Origin: Bryobacteraceae bacterium
Lineage (GTDB): Bacteria; Acidobacteriota; Terriglobia; Bryobacterales; Bryobacteraceae
NCBI GenBank assembly: GCA_051003475.1
Contig: JBPCLH010000070.1
Coordinates: 9,636 to 73,635, forward strand
Length of the DNA stretch: 64,000 nucleotides
Reading direction: 5' to 3'
The position numbers were made by a program, and so were the translations under genes. The notes under the pieces are model-generated. The model was not told the DNA's origin, made no database searches, and worked only from the letters and a program-made list of their open reading frames with translations. Shown here in pieces: positions 9,304 to 18,290 of the stretch; the stretch's first letter is position 1, and each line of letters opens with the position of its first letter.

Positions 9304-10440
9304 TTAGCGGAACGCCCACGTCATTAGCTTGAATGTATCCGTGAATTTGGAGTTGATCCCGAACGCGGCAGACGGCTCATAGCCGCAGTGGACCATGCAG
9401 TGCTCGCAACGCGGATCATTGCCTTCGCCATAGTGATTCCACTGGGTCTTAGTCATCAATTCTTCGAAGGTTTCGTAATGTGCATCCGTGATCAGGTAGC
9501 ACGGCCCTTTCCAGCCCTTTACGTTATAGGTAGGATTGCCCCAAGCTGTGCAAGGCAGCTTTCGGTCACCCTTCAGGAAGTCGAGATAAGTAGGAGTGTT
9601 GTTGATGCGGAAGCGCTTCGCGAGCCGATCGATGTCTTTGAATTTCTCGAAGACGTCCTCACGCGTCATAAAGATTTCGCGCTGATTCACTGCGGAATAG
9701 CCGTAAGCGGGAGAAATCAAAAATCCGTCGACACCGAGGCCTTCGAGGAGCGTAAACAACTCCTCGATTTCGTTCATGTCGGTTTCTTTGTAGACCGTAG
9801 TGTTGGTGCAGACCTTAAACCCGTGCTGTTTGGCGATTCGGACGCCTTCAATTGCTTCCTTGAAAACGCCCTGACGTTCGACCGAGATATCGTGGTTTTT
9901 CTCCATGCCATCGAGATGCACATTGAAGAAAAAGTGGGAATTGGGCTTAAATTCCTTGATCTTCTTACGAATGAACATGCCGTTCGTACAAAGAATGATG
10001 TTTTTGCCGCGCGCCAGAATCTCCGAGACGAGGCGGCCGATTTCGGGATAGAGCATGGGCTCGCCTCCGCAGATGGAGACAGTGGGGGCGCCACATTCAT
10101 CGACCGCTTTCAGGCACTGCTCAACACTCAGGCGCTGAGAAATCGTGCTCTCGTATTCGCGGATGCGCCCGCAGCCGGTGCAAGTGAGATTGCAGGCGTG
10201 CAAGGGTTCAAGCATGAGCACAAGCGGGAACCGCTTTTTGATCATGGGATGCACAAACTCCGACTGTTCTCCGGTGCGTGTGTGCATCATGATTTTGAAG
10301 GGATTCGCCGAGTCGTCGCCGGTGGCGGTCTTCTGCCACTCTGGCGGGGGGCTCAACTTGTTTTTTGCGATGTAAGCCCCCATGCCGAGGGTCATGGAAA
10401 GCGGAAATCTCATATTGCTCCTAATCTCATTTGCCCACAC
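9304..10440 (-). CDS. hpnH: Adenosyl-hopene transferase, radical SAM
   Basis: 378 aa. CNLTCTGCG radical-SAM CxxxCxxC cluster after LMLEPLHA, and a C-terminal Cys-rich region (CEHCMVHCGYEP). The real start may be the ATG at 10413 (MRFPLSMTLG), which would remove the overlap with shc. Confidence 0.88.
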   Translation of the reverse strand: MWANEIRSNMRFPLSMTLGMGAYIAKNKLSPPPEWQKTATGDDSANPFKIMMHTRTGEQSEFVHPMIKKRFPLVLMLEPLHACNLTCTGCGRIREYESTISQRLSVEQCLKAVDECGAPTVSICGGEPMLYPEIGRLVSEILARGKNIILCTNGMFIRKKIKEFKPNSHFFFNVHLDGMEKNHDISVERQGVFKEAIEGVRIAKQHGFKVCTNTTVYKETDMNEIEELFTLLEGLGVDGFLISPAYGYSAVNQREIFMTREDVFEKFKDIDRLAKRFRINNTPTYLDFLKGDRKLPCTAWGNPTYNVKGWKGPCYLITDAHYETFEELMTKTQWNHYGEGNDPRCEHCMVHCGYEPSAAFGINSKFTDTFKLMTWAFR

Positions 10441-12385
10441 TAACGGTTCTCGCCAATTCGCGCCGCTGAGGCGCAGTCGTGTTCATGAACGTTGAAAGAG
10501 CGAGCAGCGGAAAGGTGTTGCGGTATCCGGTGTAGGACAAATAGAACACCTTTGGAAAACCCGTCCCAGTGCAGTACTCTTCATTCCAGGCGCCATCAGG
10601 ATGTTGGGATCTAGTCAAGTATTCGACGCCGTTGTAGAGGCTTTCGCTTCGAACATCCCCTCCAGCGAGAAGCGCCAGAATCGCCCAAGCGGTTTGCGAC
10701 GGAGTGCTGGGATTTCGAACGAAGCGATTTTCGTCATAGCTCGCGCAACTTTCCCCCCAACCGCCGTCATGATTCTGGTAGGCGCGGATGAATTCAAGTG
10801 CCTGCTGAATGCTTGGCTCGTACTCGCTCAGCCCTGCAGACCGTAGCCCCCGCAAAGCGAGAAACGTTCCGTAGATGTAATTCACGCCCCAGCGTCCATA
10901 CCAGCTTCCATCAGGCTCCTGCACGCGCAACAGAAATTCAATGCCGCGGCGAATTGCGGGATCGCTCGGCTTTAGACCACAGTGCATCAGAGCTTCAATA
11001 ACGCGGCCGGTGATGTCCGGACAAGACGGGTCGAGCATGGCATTGTGATCGGCGAACGGCACATGGCTCAGAATCTGCCAATTATTATCAGCGTCGAAAG
11101 CAGCCCAACCCCCGTCTTTGCTTTGCATGGAGAGAAGCCAATCCACGGCGCGCTTTTCGCACGCACGCTGCTCGATTTCGTTTGAGGCGCGAGCCTTTGT
11201 GAAGGCCAGCAGCACCATGGCAGTGTCGTCAACGTCAGGATAGAAGTCGTTGTTGAATTCGAAGGCCCAGCCTGAAGGTTTGGTATGCGGCCGCTTGAGC
11301 GACCAGTCTCCATTGCGGCGAACCTCTTTGGAAAGGAGCCAGTCTGCTACCCGCCGCAACGCCGGGAGCGGGGGGTTGTCCATCTCCCCCAGGGCGAAGG
11401 CTGTGATGGCAGTGTCCCATACTGGCGAAAAGCAAGGCTGAATGAAAAATCCGCGCTCATCATCGACGATGAGATGATTGAACTGCTTTTCGGCTTCGAC
11501 GCGCAGCGGGTGATCCGGTCCATATCCAAGTACGTCCAAGGCCATGATAGAATACTGCATGGAGGGGTAGATTGCGCCGAGGCCATCCGAGCCCTCGAAG
11601 CGCTCTATCATCCATTCGACGCACTTTTGCACAGCGGCGCGGCGAATGAAACGAGGGCCGACGCGCTCCCAAAGCTTCAAAAAGCGATCGAGCGTGAGGA
11701 AGCAGTTTCGCCAGCTGAAAAAATGAGGATGACGCTGCGGCATAGCTGGCGCTCCGGGAAGGAATATCTCTTCCAAGTTGAAGTCAGCGGGCACCGGGCG
11801 GCGCGGATTGGCAGCGTGGAGAATTGAGAGCGCCATAACGATGGCACGCGTCCACGAAGACATCTGATAGATGAACTTAAAAGGCAGCAGAACCAGCTCG
11901 GGCGGAATCGACGGGCAAGCATCCCGGGGATAAAGGCCGAAAAGGCTGAGATTGGTGCGAACGTAGCTATTCGCGGCCTGCAAACCACCCATCTCGAGAA
12001 TGCGAGCGCGCAGCCGGTCCATGCGCGGGTCCATGACAGGAATACCAGCTAGCTTCAGAGCGAAATACGCTTTGATGGAGGCGCTGATTTCAGACGGGCC
12101 GTTGAGATAGATGTTGAAACCGCCATCTTCGAGCTGGCGAGCGAAAATGGCAGCTACAGCTTTATCGATGAGGGGCCGGGTGGGCGGATTCCAAACTCCA
12201 TCCACAGGCGGATGCAGCCAAAGCTGCAACATAATGTAATCCGATTCGAGCGTGGTGTCCGCCTTGAGATCAGGGCACCAGTAACCCTCGGAGGACTGGC
12301 GCTCAAGAAGCGCAGAGGATGCTTTGCGGATGGCATCCGCGACGGTGAAATTCAGCGAGTCCGAAACTTGGAGACTTGATCTCAT
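10427..12385 (-). CDS. shc: Squalene-hopene cyclase
   Basis: 652 aa. Contains the DVDDTAM (DxDD) catalytic motif and multiple QW repeats (QxxDGGW: SKDGGWAAF, EPDGSWYGRWG, NHDGGWGE, HPDGAW). Confidence 0.95.
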   Translation of the reverse strand: MRSSLQVSDSLNFTVADAIRKASSALLERQSSEGYWCPDLKADTTLESDYIMLQLWLHPPVDGVWNPPTRPLIDKAVAAIFARQLEDGGFNIYLNGPSEISASIKAYFALKLAGIPVMDPRMDRLRARILEMGGLQAANSYVRTNLSLFGLYPRDACPSIPPELVLLPFKFIYQMSSWTRAIVMALSILHAANPRRPVPADFNLEEIFLPGAPAMPQRHPHFFSWRNCFLTLDRFLKLWERVGPRFIRRAAVQKCVEWMIERFEGSDGLGAIYPSMQYSIMALDVLGYGPDHPLRVEAEKQFNHLIVDDERGFFIQPCFSPVWDTAITAFALGEMDNPPLPALRRVADWLLSKEVRRNGDWSLKRPHTKPSGWAFEFNNDFYPDVDDTAMVLLAFTKARASNEIEQRACEKRAVDWLLSMQSKDGGWAAFDADNNWQILSHVPFADHNAMLDPSCPDITGRVIEALMHCGLKPSDPAIRRGIEFLLRVQEPDGSWYGRWGVNYIYGTFLALRGLRSAGLSEYEPSIQQALEFIRAYQNHDGGWGESCASYDENRFVRNPSTPSQTAWAILALLAGGDVRSESLYNGVEYLTRSQHPDGAWNEEYCTGTGFPKVFYLSYTGYRNTFPLLALSTFMNTTAPQRRELARTVSVGK

Positions 12386-12409
12386 CGTTGATGAACTATT
12401 GTTCGCGCC

Positions 12410-13432
12410 CTAAATACGAACAGTATGGAGGCGAGGTCTGAAGTTTTCAAGATCGGAGGGCAAGGTGAAGCGCACATCCTCATCCTTGATTTCAGCCTCT
12501 TCCAAGTCGGCGTATCCTTTCGTTCTCAGGTGATCAATGAGCTGCTGAACCAGGTGTTCGGGGGCGGAAGCGCCGGCAGTCACCGCAACGGTGTCGACAC
12601 CCTGCAGCGTTTCAGGCCGGACCTCGCTGCAATCGTCGAGCAAGTAGGCAGGCACTCCGGCTTTTTGACAAACCTCGACCAGACGCCGGGAGTTGGAACT
12701 GTTCTGCGAACCGACCACAAGCAATGCCTGACAAAGCGGAGCTACGGCTTTGACGGCTAGCTGGCGGTTCTCGGTCGCGTAACAGATGTCCTGCGTCTTG
12801 GGGCCGATGATTTTCGGGAAACGCTCGAACAGGCGATTCACGATATCTTTGGTTTCGTCGAGAGAAAGGGTCGTCTGGGTAAGATAGACGACGCGATCGG
12901 GGTCTTCGATGTGCAGCCGATCCACATCTGCAACGTCTGAGACGAGCGTTGTGTTTTGAGGAGCCTCTCCAAGCGTTCCGATCACTTCATCGTGGTCACG
13001 ATGGCCGATCAGGACAATCGTGTAACCCTGGCGGGCGAATTTCACGGCTTCGAGGTGAACCTTGGTGACGAGCGGGCAAGTGGCATCAATGACCTGCAAC
13101 CGCCGTTCCTTCGCTTGGGCTCGAACGGCAGGAGAAACACCATGGGCACTGAAGATGACGCGGGCGCCTTCGGGCACCTCGCTAAGCTCTTCCACAAAAA
13201 TCGCGCCAGCACGGCGAAGCTCATCGACAACATGGCGGTTGTGCACGATTTCCTTACGGACATAGATGGGACCGCCGTAGAGGTCAAGAGCGATTCGGAC
13301 CACGTCGATGGCACGAACTACACCGGCGCAGAAGCCTCGCGGTTTCAGCAGGATAATCTTTTTTCCGCCATCGAGGGCATGGGTAATCCCGGCGGGAACC
13401 GTGGTCTCGTATGCAAGGCCGGTCGAGGGCAT
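12410..13432 (-). CDS. ispH: 4-hydroxy-3-methylbut-2-enyl diphosphate reductase
   Basis: 340 aa. Contains GFCAGVVRAI, IVHNRHVV, DATCPLVTKVH and SSNSRRLVEV, which are LytB/IspH signatures. It is the first gene of the hopanoid operon. Confidence 0.92.
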   Translation of the reverse strand: MPSTGLAYETTVPAGITHALDGGKKIILLKPRGFCAGVVRAIDVVRIALDLYGGPIYVRKEIVHNRHVVDELRRAGAIFVEELSEVPEGARVIFSAHGVSPAVRAQAKERRLQVIDATCPLVTKVHLEAVKFARQGYTIVLIGHRDHDEVIGTLGEAPQNTTLVSDVADVDRLHIEDPDRVVYLTQTTLSLDETKDIVNRLFERFPKIIGPKTQDICYATENRQLAVKAVAPLCQALLVVGSQNSSNSRRLVEVCQKAGVPAYLLDDCSEVRPETLQGVDTVAVTAGASAPEHLVQQLIDHLRTKGYADLEEAEIKDEDVRFTLPSDLENFRPRLHTVRI

Positions 13433-13622
13433 AGGGGAAGGCTTAGTATAACAAGGGCTTACCTGTCAGGAGCAATTGGAAGTTAAGCGTGTCAGTTCCT
13501 TCCGGGCTCGGATTTCGAGCGTACTTTGCCGATCGGGTGCGATAGCGCGAATCTCCGATGGAGATGTTATATACTACTGAGAATTTCATGAGTTGACGCC
13601 CTTAAATCGGGCAAGGGGGAAT

Positions 13623-16600
13623 ATGATGTTTCGTTTTGATTTTCGCTTACGCTTGACACTGATTATGTTGGCCACTTCCATGTGTCCAACCGGGCTTTTT
13701 TCGCAATCTGACGTGGGTACCATCACCGGTTTCGCTTACGACCCGGCGGGAGCTACGATCCCGAATGCCGCGGTCACGATTAGTAACGAAGCGACCGGGA
13801 CCGAGAGGAAGGTCAGCACGAACCAGGACGGGTTATATTCCGTCACGAACATTCCATCGGGTTTCTATGCAGTTACTGCTGAGGCTTCCGGCTTCAAGAA
13901 GTTCGTAGGAGCTCATAACAAACTCGACCCAAATGCGACGGCTCGAGTCGATGTGCATCTAACTTTGGGACAGGCAACGGAAACGGTCGAGGTCACGGCC
14001 AGCGCCCAAACCCTACAAACTGACTCAGCTCAGGTAGAAAATTTGGTATCACGTGCGCAAATCGATGCACTGGAACTGAACGGACGCAATCCGATCTTTT
14101 TGGCTGATTTGATGCCGGGGGTTACCAGAAGCTCCCCGCTTTCAGGGCTGAATTTCGGACTGGACAGCGGGTCGTTCTCGATTAACGGCTCGCGATCGCA
14201 GGACAATTTGATCACCTTCGATGGAGCGCCTGCAGTTCGCACGCGGTCGAACGGTACTAGCATCGGCGTGGCTGACGTGGATTCCACACAAGAGATCCAG
14301 GTACTGACAGCGGATTACAGCTCTGAATATCGAAGCGCCGGCGGTGGGCAGATCCGTATCGTGAGCAAGAGCGGCACATCTCAGTTCCACGGCAGTGGGT
14401 TCGAATACTTTCGAAACAATGTGCTCAATGCCAACTCCTGGACCCGAAATCAGACTGAGGCGACAAAAGATGTCGCGCCGTTCCGGTATAACCAGTACGG
14501 CTACAATATCGGCGGTCCTGCCTACATCCCCAAGCTTTTCAATCGCGACAAGAACAAATTCTTTTTCTATTGGGGACAAGAGTGGGTTAAGTACCACTAT
14601 GGGGAAACACCGACGCTGACCGTTCCCACCGCCAGGATGCGCAATGGAGATTTCGGTGAATTGCTGGGTCCCAACCCGTTCTATAGCAGCCCAGTACAGT
14701 TGCATTTCCCCGGAACCGCGACGCCGATTCCAGGCAACGTTATTCCAGCGGCATTACTCAGTCCAAACGGCCTCGCTTTGCTGCGTGCCTATCCCGATCC
14801 CAATACGGATTTCATTAACGGCAATAAGAACTGGATCTCCCAAGGCCTTCATACGATTGATCAGCGCAAGGACACGCTCACGGCCGATATGTATCCGGGT
14901 CAGAATCATCACATTGCGTTCCGACGGCAGAATTACGAGTTCACGGAATACCAGCCGTTTGATGGTGGGTCGGATCGCACGCCGAAATTTTTCATCCGGC
15001 CAAACCAAACCAACTCATTAAGCTATAGCTGGACCATCAATCCCACGATGGTGAACGAAGCCTTAGCTACGGTAAGTCTGGATGACGTTTACATTCCACT
15101 GGATCTGAGCAAGGGCTTGTTTGATCGCACTAAGTACGGCATCAATTACCCATACCTTTTCCCGACCGGAAAAGAGGTACCTACCCGCATACCGACGGTC
15201 GTTATACAAAACTTCGGCGAATTGAACGGCGGTCCATATCCGTCGCATTCGTCGGGCCCAATCTACGATGTCTCCGACAACCTGACCAAAGTCTCAGGGA
15301 ATCATACTTTCAAGTTCGGAGTGCTCTACGAACGCTCCGGGGAAAACGATTTCGATCAGATTAACGTGGCAGGAGTGCCTGGCGGGACGAATAACCAGAA
15401 TGGCCGTTTCCAGTTCACCGACACGACGGGGACGGGCTCCGGAGTGGGCGTCGCAAATGCAGCCCTGGGGTTGTTTGATGTGTACGCCGAGATCGGACAA
15501 CGGTCTTACACGCTTTATCGCGGCAGCATGTGGGAATGGTTTGCGCAGGACCAGTGGAAGGTGACGAATCGCCTGACGATCACGTACGGGCTTCGTCACT
15601 CGATCATGATTCCTTTCAGTGCATTGTGGCGAAACATGGATACGTTCGATCCGCACTTCTACAATCCTGCAAACGCCGTCCAACTGGATCCGGCAACTGG
15701 TTTCGTGATCCCCGGCACAGGCGACCGCTACAACGGTGTGGTGATTCCCGGCAGCGGATTCCCGAACTCAGCGAAGGGACGAGTTCCGGCGGCCGACACG
15801 GGCGAGTTCAATTATCTGTTCCGTGGAAAACCAGCTTACTATTCCGATATTCATTACGATCAGTTTCAGCCGCGGGTCGGTATTGCGTGGCAGTTGGATG
15901 ACAAGACGGTCGTACGGGCGGGTGGGGGCCGATTCTACACACGATTAGGCATTAGCGACTCGATCTTTCTCGGTGGTAACTCGCCTTTTCAGCCTATTGC
16001 TTCTGTCTCAAACGGTTTGGTCGACAATCCGGGCGGGGCCAGCGCAAATCTATTTCCGCTTACAGTGACGGGACAAGATCCGGTCTTCAAGAATCCCGAA
16101 GCGTTGGCCTGGAATTTCGCTGTCGAACGTGAGACCTTCTGGGGCACGACACTCGAGGGGGCTTATATCGGGCGGCGGGGCTTGCACGGGCAGCGAGAGC
16201 GAGATATTAACCAATTGCAGGCTGGGACATTGCTCGCAAATCCTGGTGTCAGCCCGGATTACCTTCGGCCTTACAAAGGGTTTGCAGTGATCCGCGTGTC
16301 CAATAACGATGCGAACTCGATGTACAACGCGTTTCAGTTGAATTGGAATAAGCGCTTTAGCGGAGGACTCGGGTTTGGAGTAGCTTATACGCTGTCTCAG
16401 AGCCGGGATGATGGCACGGCTCAGCGCGACATTATCCCCGACGCCTACGACGCCCATAACTTATGGGGACCGTCCGACAATGATGCAACGCACGTGGTGG
16501 TGATCAACTACATCTGGGAACTGCCGATTTTCCGCAATCACTCGACATTGGCGGGAAAGCTGCTGGGCGGCTGGCAGCTTAGCGGCATCACGCAATTTCA

Positions 16601-17090
16601 AACCGGCTCACCGTGCTCTGTTGGAAGCAACGATGATTTCGCGGGTGTGGGCACGGCGTCTTTGGGAAGTTGGGACAACTGCTCCGGCGTTGGTCAGTTC
16701 TGGGTTGTGAATGGCAATCCGAAAATTAAGGGTCAATTCGCGAAGACCACCAGCGATCCTGCACAGTGGTTCGCAACGACGAACCCGGACGGAACGCCGA
16801 TTTTCACTCAGCCCACTCCCGGAACCTTCAACCAGCAGTTTGTGCGCAATCTGGTCTACGGTCCAGGCTTCCAAAACTGGAACATAGGATTGTTCAAGCG
16901 GTTCTTGATCACGGAACAGAGCGGATTCGAATTTCGTGCCGAGGCGTTTAACTTTATCAATCATCCGAATCTGTCTCGAATCGGCGACAGCGGCGGCCTC
17001 GACCTGAATCCGAAGAGCACTACTTTCGGCAAGGTGACCGGAAAAGAGGACGAGCGCAATCTGCAGTTGAGCTTGCGATTTTACTTCTAG
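13623..17090 (+). CDS. TonB-dependent outer-membrane receptor with an N-terminal carboxypeptidase-regulatory-like domain
   Basis: Signal peptide, then GTITGFAYDPAGATIPNAAVTISNEATG...DGLYSVTNIPSGFYAVTAEASGFKKF (CarboxypepD_reg), a plug-like region, a long beta-barrel and a terminal ...LQLSLRFYF aromatic residue. I chose the start at ATG 13623, preceded by GGGGGA. The tracked ORF begins at TTG 13593. Confidence 0.85.
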   Translation: MMFRFDFRLRLTLIMLATSMCPTGLFSQSDVGTITGFAYDPAGATIPNAAVTISNEATGTERKVSTNQDGLYSVTNIPSGFYAVTAEASGFKKFVGAHNKLDPNATARVDVHLTLGQATETVEVTASAQTLQTDSAQVENLVSRAQIDALELNGRNPIFLADLMPGVTRSSPLSGLNFGLDSGSFSINGSRSQDNLITFDGAPAVRTRSNGTSIGVADVDSTQEIQVLTADYSSEYRSAGGGQIRIVSKSGTSQFHGSGFEYFRNNVLNANSWTRNQTEATKDVAPFRYNQYGYNIGGPAYIPKLFNRDKNKFFFYWGQEWVKYHYGETPTLTVPTARMRNGDFGELLGPNPFYSSPVQLHFPGTATPIPGNVIPAALLSPNGLALLRAYPDPNTDFINGNKNWISQGLHTIDQRKDTLTADMYPGQNHHIAFRRQNYEFTEYQPFDGGSDRTPKFFIRPNQTNSLSYSWTINPTMVNEALATVSLDDVYIPLDLSKGLFDRTKYGINYPYLFPTGKEVPTRIPTVVIQNFGELNGGPYPSHSSGPIYDVSDNLTKVSGNHTFKFGVLYERSGENDFDQINVAGVPGGTNNQNGRFQFTDTTGTGSGVGVANAALGLFDVYAEIGQRSYTLYRGSMWEWFAQDQWKVTNRLTITYGLRHSIMIPFSALWRNMDTFDPHFYNPANAVQLDPATGFVIPGTGDRYNGVVIPGSGFPNSAKGRVPAADTGEFNYLFRGKPAYYSDIHYDQFQPRVGIAWQLDDKTVVRAGGGRFYTRLGISDSIFLGGNSPFQPIASVSNGLVDNPGGASANLFPLTVTGQDPVFKNPEALAWNFAVERETFWGTTLEGAYIGRRGLHGQRERDINQLQAGTLLANPGVSPDYLRPYKGFAVIRVSNNDANSMYNAFQLNWNKRFSGGLGFGVAYTLSQSRDDGTAQRDIIPDAYDAHNLWGPSDNDATHVVVINYIWELPIFRNHSTLAGKLLGGWQLSGITQFQTGSPCSVGSNDDFAGVGTASLGSWDNCSGVGQFWVVNGNPKIKGQFAKTTSDPAQWFATTNPDGTPIFTQPTPGTFNQQFVRNLVYGPGFQNWNIGLFKRFLITEQSGFEFRAEAFNFINHPNLSRIGDSGGLDLNPKSTTFGKVTGKEDERNLQLSLRFYF

Positions 17091-17103
17091 GCACGATTCC
17101 GAT

Positions 17104-17137
17104 AACCGGTCATTCACAAACTAGCGAATGGCCGGTT
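17104..17137. terminator. Stem-loop between convergent genes (candidate bidirectional terminator)
   Basis: 12-bp stem aaccggtcattc / gaatggccggtt (one G-U pair) with a 10-nt loop. It lies 14 nt after the receptor stop and 48 nt after the ROK stop. Only a weak T-rich tail follows on the + strand. Confidence 0.45.
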
Positions 17138-17184
17138 GCTCGTTCTTGTGACCCTCGCGTCCTGGCGATAGATAGCTGCAGAGC

Positions 17185-18204
17185 TTACACGAGGCCGGTT
17201 TTGCGGGCAAACTGCAGCGCTTCGATTGCTGCTCCGCGGGCTCCAGCGGTGTCGCCGTTCGGCATGACGTAAATGGGAATGTCGGCCTGCTCTTCGCGCT
17301 GATTGGGCATAGAGCTGCGAATTTCGTCGAGGAACCATCGCTGGAATTCTTTTCCCGTCTCAAGCGCGCCTCCGCCAACGATCAAAGCGTCGGGATCAAA
17401 CGTGTTGATCATCGCGTCGAAAAACAGCCCCAGCGCGTGGGCCTGAACCCGGAAGATCTCTTTGCACATGGCATCGCCGCTCTCAGCCAAACCTCTCACG
17501 AGCCTTGCTGATTGGCGAATATCTCCGCTTTTAGCGAGTTCATGGCCGGGATGCCGGGACAGGAAAAAGGGAAGAAGACATTTCTCAATCGCCGTGAGGG
17601 AGCATAGAGACTCCAAGTCTCCCGGGCGGCCGCAGTTGCATTCCGGCCTAAGTCCGCGGATAGCGTCGATGCTCTGGTAGGGAATGAGCACATGGCCCAG
17701 CTCTCCCCCGTACCCTTTTCTGCCTTTTACGACATTGCCATCCGTGATCACGCCGCCGCCCAAGCCGGTACCGATGATGGCGGAAATGGTGGTTGCGCGA
17801 GTGGTCGCACCGAAGAGCACGAAATGGCCCCAAAGCGCTCCCGCGTTCCCGTCATTGAGGTATGTAACGGGCTTGCCAAGCCGCTGCGCGAGATTCTCGC
17901 GTATATCAAATCCCGCCCAGCTCGGATGCACAAAGTTTGTGGAACCTCTGGCGCTGAGCACACCTGTCGCACTCGCGGGACCAGGGGTGTCGAGGCCAAT
18001 GACTGCCACGTCGGCAAGCTGAACGCCTGCGTTTTTGACGGCGATTTCGAGGCCGTCTGCGATCTGCTGGAGACAGATTTCAGGTCCTTCCCTCGATCGG
18101 GCGGGGTACTCGCACAGCTTCTCGATCAGAAACTGCTCCTGGGTATTCAAAAAGGTATAGTTGACAGCGCTTCCGCCAAGATCCACTCCAGCCACTACCC
18201 GCAA
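17185..18204 (-). CDS. ROK-family sugar kinase (glucokinase/N-acetylglucosamine-kinase-like)
   Basis: 339 aa. N-terminal GVDLGGS ATP-binding motif, GTGLGGGVI, GGELGH and the ROK Zn motif (CNCGRPGDLESLCS). Confidence 0.85.
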   Translation of the reverse strand: MRVVAGVDLGGSAVNYTFLNTQEQFLIEKLCEYPARSREGPEICLQQIADGLEIAVKNAGVQLADVAVIGLDTPGPASATGVLSARGSTNFVHPSWAGFDIRENLAQRLGKPVTYLNDGNAGALWGHFVLFGATTRATTISAIIGTGLGGGVITDGNVVKGRKGYGGELGHVLIPYQSIDAIRGLRPECNCGRPGDLESLCSLTAIEKCLLPFFLSRHPGHELAKSGDIRQSARLVRGLAESGDAMCKEIFRVQAHALGLFFDAMINTFDPDALIVGGGALETGKEFQRWFLDEIRSSMPNQREEQADIPIYVMPNGDTAGARGAAIEALQFARKTGLV

Positions 18205-18290
18205 GAGCTTTTACCTCGCTTGGAATGATTTCGTTTGCCCGAAGTTGTCAGAGTATCAGGAGGCGGGATAGCAGGACGGGAACAAGCGCG

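Noticed and set aside
9388-10443. 351-aa + strand ORF antisense to hpnH. Similar long antisense ORFs occur at 5395-6486, 7080-7568, 50231-50851, 52202-52939, 25872-26477 and 40351-41079.
   Set aside because: Each lies wholly inside a well-supported gene on the other strand. Their composition is Arg/Ala/Gly-skewed, as is typical of antisense frames in GC-rich DNA, and they carry no recognisable motifs.
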